Of a DNA stretch of 32,000 bases, positions 10,188-21,968 are shown piece after piece (the first letter of the stretch is position 1; the number at the start of each line of letters is the position of its first letter). A model generated the notes under the pieces. The model worked only from the letters and a program-made list of their open reading frames with translations. It did not search any database and was not told the origin of the DNA. The translations under genes were made by a program, and so were the position numbers. The stretch comes from Mycoplasmoides pneumoniae FH (GTDB taxonomy: Bacteria; Bacillota_I; Bacilli_A; Mycoplasmatales; Mycoplasmoidaceae): contig NZ_CP010546.1 in NCBI RefSeq assembly GCF_001272835.1, positions 482,809 through 514,808 of the forward strand. The letters run 5' to 3'.

Positions 10188-10633
10188 TGAAAGAGAAAAT
10201 TCCGTTTTATAACGAAAAGGAATTTAACGAGATGATGAAAAAGACCAAAAAGGGCACTTTTTCGGGATGATACATCATTAATCCAGAAAACAACAGTGTG
10301 GAATTCTCTGGCAGTTTCAATAGACAATTTAAACTTAACAAACCGATTATCCCAGTGAACACGGAATACGTAACGCGTAAAGAGTTCAACGAGTACAAAG
10401 ACTCAAACGACCAACGACTTATAAAGATTGAAACCACTTTGACCGCCCAAGGTGAACAAATCAACAAATTGACTCAAACTGTTGAAAAACAGGGCGAACA
10501 AATTAGAGAACTTCAAGTGGAGCAAAAAGCTCAGGGTGAGCAAATTAAAGCTCAGGGAGAAACCTTAAAGCTAATCTTGCAAACGCTGCAAAAAATGAGT
10601 GATCGTTTGGACAAAATTGATCCACCCAAATAG
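10187..10633 (+). CDS. DUF16 / UPF0134 family coiled-coil protein (RepMP1-associated)
   Basis: ATG 10187 with AAGGAGG at 10171-10177; [42 protein letters not shown]...[50 protein letters not shown]..., typical M. pneumoniae UPF0134 sequence. Confidence 0.9.
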
Positions 10634-10774
10634 TTTTAGGCTGAAAATAAAAATACTAGCAATTAGTCTTAAAAACAAGCTGTTGGTATTTTTTTATAGA
10701 TAAAAAGTTAACTGTTTAAAAAAGCAAATGATTAAATTTTATTCAAATACAAATAAGTAAGTAATCACGATGAA

Positions 10775-11533
10775 TTACTTAATCAAATGCTGTAAGTAGG
10801 TGAATAAATTAATTTGTTTTTCGTTAGCACTGTAAGTAATATAGTCTTTTAAAAAAATTTTATCCAGACTTTTTCTGCTAAGTTCATCTTGTCCTTTTAA
10901 TGATCAAATCAGTGAAAGATCAAGCTGAATCCATTCTGTAATTATTTGTTGACTTTTATCTTGATCTTGAAAATTTTCATCTTTAACAATGAAACTTTTT
11001 TCTGTAAATTGTTTTTTTGAATGAGATTTAATACTAAGGAAAAGATCGAAATTATGCTTACCGCCATTATTGGCAGTGAAACTTTTTTCTCCAAAATAAC
11101 TCCCATACCAATTAAAGATATAGCTTAACCTAGCATTAACTGAAAAGTCACTAAAGCTTTTATATTCCATATTGAAATACTCAACTTTCCGCTCCATTTT
11201 AAAATCGCTATTTTTTGTGGGGTTAGTTGCTTGATCGAAAGCAAGTTCCGCAATACCTAATTTACCCTCTTCAAAACTTTGTTTTCATGCGTCTAACAAC
11301 AATTTTGTTGTATCTTTCGGATTAACTTCGTAAGACTTCTTTGAAGAAGTTATTATGTTCTTTTTACCATCTGTAGTTTTAATTGATTTAGACAAATCAA
11401 TGTCTTTACCGGTGGCTTCTTTAATAAGATTTCTAAGATCAGCTTGGATACCAGTGCAAGCGCTTAAAATTGTTCCACATAACAAAAATAAAGAACCAAA
11501 AGCAAACCTTGACAAAAATTTCTTTTTGCGCAT
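10775..11533 (-). CDS. Lipoprotein (252 aa)
   Basis: ATG 11533, N-term [28 protein letters not shown] lipobox; reads through TGA at 11285 and 10904; stop TAA (complement of TTA 10775-10777). Confidence 0.8.
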
Positions 11534-11682
11534 CAACAGTAAAAATAGTTCATCAATTCTGCTTTTTTTGGAAAAGCACGCTCAAAAAAGAACTTCATTG
11601 AAATTTTCGGTTGATTTTTTTCTTAAAAAAGAACTTTTTTAACTTAGAAAATTTACTTTTGACATTTTTATTCACATAAATA

Positions 11683-11725
11683 AAAAAAGCCATCTGCCCA
11701 AGGTGAAAAAAACAGACGGCTTTTT
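11683..11725. terminator. Hairpin flanked by A/T tracts, possible bidirectional terminator
   Basis: AAAAAGCCATCTG ... CAGACGGCTTTTT inverted repeat with one mismatch. Confidence 0.45.
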
Positions 11726-11985
11726 GACGATTTTGAAACTAACAGCAAGTTGTAACTGTTAGTGATTTGAATGAAAAAAATATATGACCTTTAGTCTTTT
11801 TAAAACAAATAAATCAAATGTGCTGAAAGCCATTACGTTAACATAAGTAAATTAAGACATAAAAAATGAACACATTAATCAAATAAGTGTGGGAACAGAA
11901 AATCAGGCTTTCAACACAAAATTTTCGTTTTTCTGCTCCCACTAAATAAATTGAGTTGGTTTTTAAAAACCGCCAAAAAGATTAA

Positions 11986-12963
11986 AGTTTTAACCCCACC
12001 GATCCTTATCGGTTTGCCGTTTTACTCGTGCCTCGCAGCGTGGTGTACTATGAGCAGTTGCAGCGGGGGTTGGGCTTACCACAGCAGCGAACCGAGAATG
12101 GTCAAAATACTTCAACCACCGGGGCAATGTTTGGCTTGAAGGTGAAGGATGCCCAAAAAGACGACCAGAAGTCCTCGGAATATTTAAGTGGGGAGGCGGG
12201 AAGTCAAGCGGGTGGATCCACCCAAGGTACTTCCACCACCACCCAACGTAGGGGTTCGTCAAATGAAAACAAAGTCAAGGTGTTGCAGGTGGCGATGAAA
12301 AAGAAATCGGACTCGGAGGACAATGGTCAGATCGAACTTGAAACCAACAACCTCGCCAACGCCCCGATTAAACGGGGCTCCAATAACAACCAGCAAGTCC
12401 AACTCAAGGCGGACGATTTTGGTACCACCTCCAGTTCGGAATCTGGTCAATCAGGTACTCAAGGATCCACCCCAAGTAATCCGGGACCCTGAACCCCGTG
12501 GTTAACGACTGAGCAAATTCACAACGACCCCGCCAAATTCGCCGCCTCGATCCTGATCCTGTACGATGCGCCTTATGCGCGCAACCGTACCGCCATTGAT
12601 CGCGTTGATCACTTGGATCCCAAGGTGATGACCGCGAACTATCCGCCCAGTTGAAGAACGCCCAAGTGAAACCACCACGGTTTGTGGGACTGAAAGGCGC
12701 GCGATGTTTTGCTCCAAACCACCGGGTTCTTCAACCCGCGCCGCCACCCCGAGTGGTTTGATGGCGGGCAGACGGTCGCGGATAACGAAAAGACCGGGTT
12801 TGATGTGGATAACTCCGAAAACACCAAGCAGGGCTTTCAAAAGGAAGCTGACTCCGACAAGTCGGCCCCGATCGCCCTCCCGTTTGAAGCGTACTTCGCC
12901 AACATTGGCAACCTCACCTGGTTCGAGCAAGCGCTTTTGGTGTTTGGGATTTGTTTGTCTTAA
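11986..12963 (+). pseudogene. P1-like truncated open frame within RepMP4, ending in ICLS*
   Basis: Open in frame 1 from after TAA 11983-11985 to TAA 12961-12963; internal TGAs read as Trp; no good start codon upstream (GTG 12028 corresponds to an internal Val of P1). Confidence 0.7.
11992..12948 (+). repeat. RepMP4-type cassette homologous to the N-terminal part of cytadhesin P1
   Basis: Frame 1: NPTDPYRFAVLLVPRSVVYYEQLQRGLGLPQQRTENGQNTSTTGAMFGLKVKDAQ...ANYPPSWRTPKWNHHGLWDWKARDVLLQTTGFFNPRRHPEWFDGGQTVADNEKTGFDVDNSENTKQGFQKEADSDKSAPIALPFEAYFANIGNLTWFEQALLVFG, recognisable P1 sequence. Confidence 0.93.
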
Positions 12964-12999
12964 TTAACTAACAAAATTAATAAATAGGTCTATAGGTTA

Positions 13000-15047
13000 T
13001 ATTAGTACACCCCCTACACGCCCTTTACGACACCGCTCAATGGGGGGCTGGATGTAGTGAAGGCGGCCAATTTACACCCCTCATACGAACTCGTGGACTG
13101 AAAGCGGGTGGAGGATACCAAGTTGGTGGCGCTGGTCCGTTCAGCGTTGGTCAGGGTGAAGTTTCAAGATAGTTCGAGCCAACAAGGCACTGAGAGTAAT
13201 GGCCAAGACCAAAATGCCCTTAGTTTTGATACCACCAAGTCCCAACAAGCCTTACAGCAAGCTGGCGATCAATCAGGAACTTCATCTAATTCCACCCAAG
13301 AAGACTTCGCCAGCTACATCCTCATCTTTAAAGCCGCCCCGAAGGCCACGTGGGTGTTTGAACGGAAGATTAAGTTGGCGTTGCCCTACGTTAAGCAGGA
13401 AAGTCAGGGTTCCGACGATCAAGGTTCCAATGGTAAGGGCTCCCTCTACACCACCTTAAAAGACCTCCTCGTCGAACAACCCGTGACCCCTTACACGCCC
13501 AATGCGGGGTTAGCCCGGGTGAATGGGGTTGCTCAGGACAAGGTGCATGGGTTGGAACAAACCACTCAATGAAACCAACAAGCCTCCCAAAAAAACCTCA
13601 CCAACAACCCCGCCCTCAAGGCCGTCACCGGCTTTAAGCTCGACAATGGCCGCGCGTACCGGAAGTTAAATGAAGCTTGACCGGTGTATGAACCCCTGGA
13701 TTCGACGAAGGATGGCAAGGGGAAGGATAAAGATGGGTGAACCACTTCCGGGGCGAGTGAGGCCAAAGGAGATGCCCCGTTGGTGAGCTCAACCGGGAGT
13801 CAAATGGCTGCAGTCACAGACAGTCAGCAATCAGGTCATAACAGTGGATTGGTATCGCTTGCCCAGCGCTCCACTACTGTTGCTGTCCAAAAAAGTGACT
13901 CTTCTGGTTTTCAAGGCCAAGGCACAACCGACAACAAATTCCAAAAATATTTAAACACCGCCCAGGCCTTGCACCAGATGGGTGTGATAGTGCCATCTTT
14001 GGAAACGTGACCTGGTAAACCAAGTACTGGAATCGCTACCCGTGCTGGTGGTGGTGTTTCAGTCCAAGCAGCGACCCGGCAATCGTCTTCTACAAATGAA
14101 GATTTGCCGAATGTAATAACACAGCTCTATCATACCTCCACGTCCCAACTCGCTTACTTAAATGGCCAGATCGTTGTGATGGGTTCAAACGCGGTACCGA
14201 GTTTGTGGTATTGGGTCGTGGATGAGCGAACCACGTCCGGGAGTGCGACTTGATGAGCGAAGACACATTTGAACTTCGGCACTGAAGTTCAAAAAAGCTT
14301 CGTTGAAAACCAGTTGGGGTTTAAAGATGACTCCAATTCGGATTCCAAAAATTCGAATTTGAAGGCCCAAGACCTCACCCAACCCGCCTACCTCATCACT
14401 GGCCTTGACGTTGTCCAAGACCACCTCGTCTTTGCGGCCTTCAAAGCGGGCGCGGTGGGGTATGATATGACGACTGATTCGAACGCTTCCACCAAAGACC
14501 AAGCGCTCGCCTGGTCGACCACGGCCGGGTTGGACAGTGCTGGGGGGTACAACAACCTGGTGGAAAACACGGCCGGACTGAACGGCCCGATTAACGACTT
14601 GTTTACCCTGCTCGACACCTTTGCCTATGTGACCCCGGTGAGTGGGATGAAAGGGGGGAGTCAGAATAACGAAGAAGTGCAGACCAAGTATCCCGTTAAG
14701 GATGATAGTAAGGCTTCCGCCAAAATTGCGTCCTTAATTAATGCCAGTCCACTCAACAGTTATGGGGATGATGGGGTGACCGTGTTTGATGCGTTGGGCC
14801 TTAACTTTAACTTTAAGTTGGACGAGGCGCGCTTGCCATCGCGCACCGATCAACTGCTTGTGTATGGGATTGTAAACGAAAGTGAACTGAAGTCCGCGCG
14901 CGAAAATGCCCAGTCGACCTCCGATGATAATTCAAACACCAAAGTCAAGTGAACCAAACCGCCTCGCACTACCTCCCCGTGCCGTATTACTACAGTGCCA
15001 ATTTCCCCGAAGCGGGTAACAGAAGAAGAGCGGAGCAGCGGGAATAA
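13000..15047 (+). repeat. RepMP5-type cassette homologous to the P40/P90 precursor (MgpC-like, ORF6 of the P1 operon)
   Basis: Frame 1 from 13006: YTPYTPFTTPLNGGLDVVKAANLHPSYELVDWKRVEDTKLVALVRSALVRVKFQD...YLNTAQALHQMGVIVPSLE...FVENQLGFKDDSNSDSKNSNLKAQDLTQPAYLITGLDVV...SSLINASPLNSYGDDGVTVFDALGLNFNFKL-type sequence, recognisable P40/P90. Confidence 0.9.
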
Positions 15048-15051
15048 TTAG
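13006..15051 (+). pseudogene. MgpC/P40-P90-like open frame without convincing start, with altered C-terminal tail
   Basis: Code-4 frame 1 open between TAG 13003-13005 and TAG 15049-15051; merges track ORFs 13108..13572, 13780..14010 and 14269..14952. Confidence 0.75.
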
Positions 15052-15280
15052 CATTTAAAAAGTTCTTTTAAAACAAATTTGAAATAAAAAGGATTCAAGA
15101 AATAAATTTCTTGTTTATTGTGAAAAATTCAAAAAAGCAACAATTTTTAAAGTGATTTCGCTTTGATTACAGACCATTTTTCAAAGCAAAATTAAAAAAG
15201 CTTTTTATCGTTTTTTGCATATAGAAAATTCAGCATTTATTAAGCTCAAAAAATAAGAAAAGCAGCAATTTCATAATTGA

Positions 15281-16436
<1,156 letters not shown>

Positions 16437-16444
<8 letters not shown>

Positions 16445-17171
16445 TCCAGTCTTAGTTTTTGATCAAGTTTCCCTTAAATATAACGGAGCACCACTTTTAG
16501 AAAACATTAACTTTACAATTTCACCTGGTGAACACATTTGCTTGTTGGGTAAATCTGGTGTTGGTAAAACTAGTCTTTTAAACTGCATTACTAACACCAA
16601 AACAATTTCGAAGGGAACCATTTATTTCAATGGTATTGCTTCTAATAACAAGGATTACAAACAATTAAAAAAACAGTTCAGTTTTTTAGATCAAGTACCT
16701 AATTTAATCGACACTGACTTCGTTTATGACGCCATTTGAAGGGAAGCGAAAAATAACCTGAAATGGTGACAACGGTTATTTTTAGTGGAACCTCAATCGC
16801 TAAGAGAACAAATTATCCAAATCCTTGAAGAGGTTAACCTAAAGGAATATGTCACTTACATTATTAAGGACTTGTCAGGTGGTCAAAAACAACGTGTGGA
16901 AGTAGCTAAATTGTTCTTTGCCAATTCCCAAGTTTTATTAGTTGATGAGCCCACTACTGGACTTGATTTAATCAATGCGCACAAAATCATGGAACTAATT
17001 ACCCAATTTGCGCGCCAAAAAGCAATGACCTTAATCTTTGTGACCCATGATGTTGAGTTTGCGCTCAAATACAGTGACCGTATTATTGCTCTAAAAAATA
17101 AGGCATTAGTTTTAGATCAAGCTACAAATAAGCTTACCAAACAAAAGTTAATGCAAATTTATCATGACTAG
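16437..17171 (+). CDS. phnC: ABC transporter ATP-binding protein, p29/PhnC-like (244 aa)
   Basis: Walker A GKSGVGKTSLL, signature LSGGQKQRVEVAK, Walker B VLLVDEPTTGLD; start ATG 16437 overlaps p37 by 8 nt. Confidence 0.9.
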
Positions 17172-18792
17172 CTTGTTTTTCTATCAAATATCAGATAAGC
17201 AAAAGCGTTGAAATTGGTATTGAAAGTTAGCTTTAGCGATTATTGTTTTAGTTGTTATTATCTACAGCTTTATCGATAACTTTTCCGGTTTTAACGTATC
17301 TGGTTTTAGGAATTTTAGTCGTAATTTTATCCGGTTATTCACCCCTGACACAGCACGTGATTACTTTTTGGGCTCTTACCTACTGCAAACCATTTTTTAT
17401 GTCGTGAGTGGTAGTATTTTGGGATTTGTCATAGCCCTGTGGTTTTCGTACCTCACTGCCTTTAAAATCCAGCCACTTTACATCGCTTTACCAACTCGCT
17501 TATTCACCATTTTTCTGCGTTCCTTTCCAGTACTTGTGTTTGCTTTTTTGTTTAACAATTTGTTTAACAAACAACTAACAGCAACCTTAACGATTACCTG
17601 GTTTAGTTGATTGTGAAGCACTAAGTACATAACTGCTTTTTTTGAAAACAGTGCTTTAAAACAATTTTTTAACCAAAGCTCTAGATATATACATAAATTC
17701 AAAGCTTTTTGGAATACCGTTGTTATTTCCCAAGCTGAGCGCTTATGGTTGTTTTTGCTCTACAGCTTGGAAGCTAACTTTCGCTGAACAACAGTTTTGA
17801 GTATTGCTGGCATTACTGGAATTGGTGAGCTCATTGCCACACCTCTAGGGGGCACAGTGCAGCTTAACTTAGTTTTAATACCGATGTTAACTTTGATCGG
17901 CTTTTTACTGTTTTTAGAAGCGAGTGTTTTTCTGTTAACTAAGTTTGTTTTACAAAAACAGAGCCAAGCCGGTGATTACTTTTTACAAGCTAAAACACTG
18001 CAAAAGAGAAAGTGAAAAAAAGTGATGATTTACATCCTAGCTTTGGTTTTAGCGGCTTTTACCTTGGCTAATTTAGTACAGTTGGACTATACGGTTAAAG
18101 CGCCAGGGTTTGTGGCTGACTTTTTTAAACAGTTCTTTCAAACAAAAACAGCTTTTTTAATTAGTGAAGACGCTAACATTAACCCACTTTTAATGTTGTT
18201 AAAACTCACAACTCAAGCGATTAGTTTAATTACCTTAGTGTTTGTGTTAGCACTCTTGTTTGGCTTTTTAGCATCAAAGCTGTTTTCCACTATAACCTCA
18301 ATTAGCTTAAAACTGTTACTTTTAGTGATTAGGGTAATTCCCAGTGTCTTACTGTTCCGCTTATTTGATCCAATTATTTTTCGCCCAGAAACTACCATTA
18401 TCTTTGTTTTAGCAATCCACAGTGCTGCTAGTTATGGTCAACTGATAACGATTAACTTTGATAATGCCAACGAAGGGGTAATTAACAACATGCAGAACCA
18501 CGGCTTTAGTAGGTTTTACATCTTGTGAAATTACCTCATACCAACCACTAAGCCCCAACTGTTAAATACGTTAAGTGATAGCTTTGATAATGCCATCCGC
18601 GACTTAGTTGTGTTTGGGATCTTTGGTGGTTCGATTATTGGGGGGCGAATTAACAATTTCTTTGAGCGAGCACAGTACTCTGAATTGGGCACAATAACCT
18701 TACCCTTAATGGTTTACTTAATGGTGTTTGAAGTCATTTTAATGGCAGTACGGTTAAACAAACTCAAAGTGTGACAGCGCCATCTGTGGTAG
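17164..18792 (+). CDS. phnE: ABC transporter permease, p69/PhnE-like, two fused permease halves (542 aa)
   Basis: ATG 17164 overlaps the ATPase stop; code-4 frame 1 to TAG 18790-18792; two membrane domains, each with an EAA-like loop (SIAGITGIGELIATPL; HSAASYGQLITINFDNANEGVINNMQNHG). Confidence 0.88.
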
Positions 18793-19215
18793 TTAATTGG
18801 GTTTTTGTTGGTTTAAGAAACGCTCTAAGATTAAGGTAGCCGCTAAGGTGTCCTTGGCCTTTTTAAAGGTTCTGTTTTTTAAGCCTAATTCCTGCAAGTT
18901 AGCTTTTACCTCACTCGTAGTACCACTTTCATCAATGAGTGTTACTGGTACATTAAAGCGGGTTTTTATTAGTTCCACAAACTTGTGAATGCTCACTTGG
19001 ATACTTGACTGGTAGTGGAAGTGGGGAAAGCCAATCACTATTTGCACTAATTCATAACCAGCTTGCTTTAAATCCTTAAAAAGGGTATTAACGGCTTGTT
19101 GCAAATTATTTTGTACCGCAAACACGCGGAAGGGACTTGGAAAGCGGTCAATGGTATTGGCTAGTGCTGTACCAATTCTCTTCAAACCAAAATCAATGCC
19201 TAAAATGTACTGCAC
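18793..19215 (-). CDS. ruvX: Putative pre-16S rRNA nuclease / Holliday junction resolvase-like YqgF
   Basis: MQYILGIDFGLKRIGTALAN...PVTLIDESGTTSEVKANL...KDTLAATLILERFLNQ matches YqgF/RuvX; GTG start overlapping the alaS stop. Confidence 0.88.
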   Translation of the reverse strand: MQYILGIDFGLKRIGTALANTIDRFPSPFRVFAVQNNLQQAVNTLFKDLKQAGYELVQIVIGFPHFHYQSSIQVSIHKFVELIKTRFNVPVTLIDESGTTSEVKANLQELGLKNRTFKKAKDTLAATLILERFLNQQKPN

Positions 19216-21917
19216 TATTGAAGGGTATCGAGGATAGCTTGTAGTTTACTTACATCCACCGACTCGTTAAACGAACCCCTAAAGAAGTTATTACTACCCC
19301 CACCCTTAAGTTCAAAGTGAGCTTTTAAAAGCTGAATACATTTAGAAACATCTTGCCCTAATAACATAAAGGACGGACTGTTGTTGAATTGGTTGAGGAG
19401 TACAAACAGCTTGTTTTTGTGTTGGTTCAAGACTGCTTGGGCTACTTGTGATAACAGTTTCGGATCAACTGCTGCAAAGCTAGCGAGAACATAAGCTTTG
19501 TCTTGCTTTGCTAGCTCTAACAATTCCTGTTTGATCTTTTCCGCTAACTGCTTTTGCTTCCACTTAAAGTCTTCCGTTTTCAGTTCATTAACCGTTATTT
19601 TGAGTTCATTTAGTAAAGCTTGGCATTTACGTAAATCAGTAATTACTTGCGGCAAGTGAAAGTGATTTAGTTGCTTAGTTAAAGCAGTTTTTTGCTTGTT
19701 CAAAGCGGGGTTAGCAATGTTGTTTAGTGTATTGTGTAAACTGTTAATGGTTTCACTTAACTTGCCATTCTGCTCATTGAGGTAAGCTGCAATTGTTTCG
19801 TTACTACTAATGATTTCAATCCGTCAACGCCCTGTGCCACGAGCATAGTAATCAGTAATAAAACAGTTCTCAATTAAACCAGTGTGTTCCACATGGGTAC
19901 CACCACAAAGCTCGACACTAAAATCACCAAAGCGAATTACCCGTAACAACTCGTGGTTCGAATACTCCTCTTCAAAGTAGGCAATCGCATTAAGTTTTTG
20001 ACTACCCTCTAGATCAGTAAAGATCTCTTCGCGCTGAATGTCTTGTTGAATAATTTGTCGAATCCTGTGTTCCACCCGTTCCAGTTCGGCTCAGGTTAAG
20101 GCTCGCGAAAAATTAAAGTCAATGGTAGCTTTTTGCGCTGACTTAAAGGCGCCGTCTTGTTTAATCAAGGGGTCAATTTCCTTTTGCAATGCCGCGTGCA
20201 GTAAGTGTTCTAAACTGTGGTTGTTTTTCACTAGTTGGCGCCACTTACCGTCATGTACTAGGATCACTTTGTCACCTAGTTGAAAACTACCAGTTAAAAA
20301 GAAGTGGAAGTGTTGTTTATTAGGGCCTTTAAACACGCCCTGAAAGCTTACTCTTTGATCATTTTGGCTGTGGTTAATACAGTACCCCTCATCATAACGC
20401 TGACCGCCTGATGTGGCATACAGCACCGTTTGGTCAAACACCACATAACCACTTTGGTTGTGCAGTTTTTGCACCGGTTGGTACTGTTCATCAAACAGCC
20501 CAATGACCTTGGCGGTGATCTCATTAGCCTCGTATAAGAACTCACTCGCTGTTTTAAAGTTCACTAAGTGTTCATTTTGCTTTTCAAAGCTCAACGTATT
20601 ACTGTTTTGTTTGGAGATCAAACGGTGCTGTTCCATCAGTTGTTCCACGGCCTTTCAGTCTACCTGGAGTTGGCGCTTATCCACCAGTTCCTTAATCATT
20701 TCAATCGGAAAGCCATAGGTTTCGTACAACTGGAAGGCTACTTGGGGTTTGAGTGCATTATGAGCAATACTCTTTTCAAACAGCATTAAGCCCAAGTTAA
20801 TTGTTTTATCAAAGGCCGTAACTTCCTTTCAGATTGCTTGTTGCACCACCTGGTTTTTCCCCTGCAACTGCTGGTAGTAAGACCCATAAACGCTAATAAT
20901 GGCATCGACCATCGGATCAATAAACTTTAAGTCTAAGTCCAGTTTTTTGCAGGCCAACAAAGCGCGGCGCAGTAACCGGCGCACAATGTAACTGCGCTCG
21001 TTGGGTCCTGGCAATACGCCTTCGGCAATGGTGAAGGTAATTGCCTTAAAGTGGTCACTAATAATGCGAAAGGCACTTTGCGCTTCGTTTAACTTTTGGT
21101 CAAACTTAAAGTATAAGTTGGTATCATACTTATGCTTACAGTGCTGTTCAATAATGCCAATTAACTTTAAGAAGATATCCGTGTCAAAGTTAGTCGGCGC
21201 GTCCTGTAAGATTGCTACTAGGCGTTCAATACCGGCCCCAGTATCGATGTTCTTCTGCGCTAACTCACTGTAGTTACCATTGCCATCATTGTTAAACTGA
21301 CTAAAGACAATGTTCCACACTTCCACATAACGGTCGTTTTCAATGTCCTCAAAGAACAGTTTTTCACCAACCTTGTGCGGATCAAACCGCTCCCCGCGGT
21401 CATAGTAAATTTCCGTACACGGTCCACATGGTCCTAAACCTAAGTCCCAGAAGTTGCGGTCGCGGTCACACTTAATAATCCGACTTGCAGGAATACCGTG
21501 TTTAAGTCAGGTGTTAAAGGTCAATTCATCATCTTGGTACACTGTAATGTAAAAGCGCTTCGGATCCAAGTGGTAATGATTGACTAAAAGATCATTGGCA
21601 AAGCCAATGGCCTCTTCCTTAAAGTAATCACCAATCGAGAAGTTACCCAACATCTCAAACAGCGTTTGGTGTCGCGATGTAAAACCGACGTTTTCAATGT
21701 CATTAACCCGTAGACAAATCTGGGCGTTGGCTAACCGTTTACTCGGTGGTGTTTTCTTAGCACTAAAGTAGTCCTTTAAGGTCGCTACCCCGGAGTTAAT
21801 CCACAGCAGTGAAGGATCATTTACGGGAATTAACGATTTGGAAGGGAGTGCTAAGTGGCCCTTGGCAGTAAAGTAATCTAATCAGGTTTGTCTAACCTTA
21901 TCAGTTGTTCATTTCAT
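19215..21917 (-). CDS. alaS: Alanyl-tRNA synthetase (900 aa)
   Basis: Start [48 protein letters not shown]...; [22 protein letters not shown] motifs; one frame across many TGAs. Confidence 0.96.
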
Positions 21918-21968
21918 TGGTTTAATTGTAAATGTTTGCCTTAAACCAAGGATGACCACGCAACAAGC

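Noticed and set aside
10415-10560. Possible CRISPR-like short direct repeats (CAGGGTGAGCAAATT units)
   Set aside because: The repeats are imperfect, spaced 42 nt in coding frame, and explained by coiled-coil heptads of the DUF16 protein; no cas genes.
12709-12967. Second reading (12704..12967, FCSKPPGSSTRAATPSG...) as a separate gene
   Set aside because: The overlapping frame 12709..12963 encodes clear P1 sequence; the alternative is an out-of-frame artefact.
8150-15051. P1/P40-P90-like regions as expressed adhesin genes or mobile elements
   Set aside because: No start codons or promoters at the 5' ends, truncated at both borders, and no transposase or terminal inverted repeats; they match dispersed RepMP recombination cassettes.
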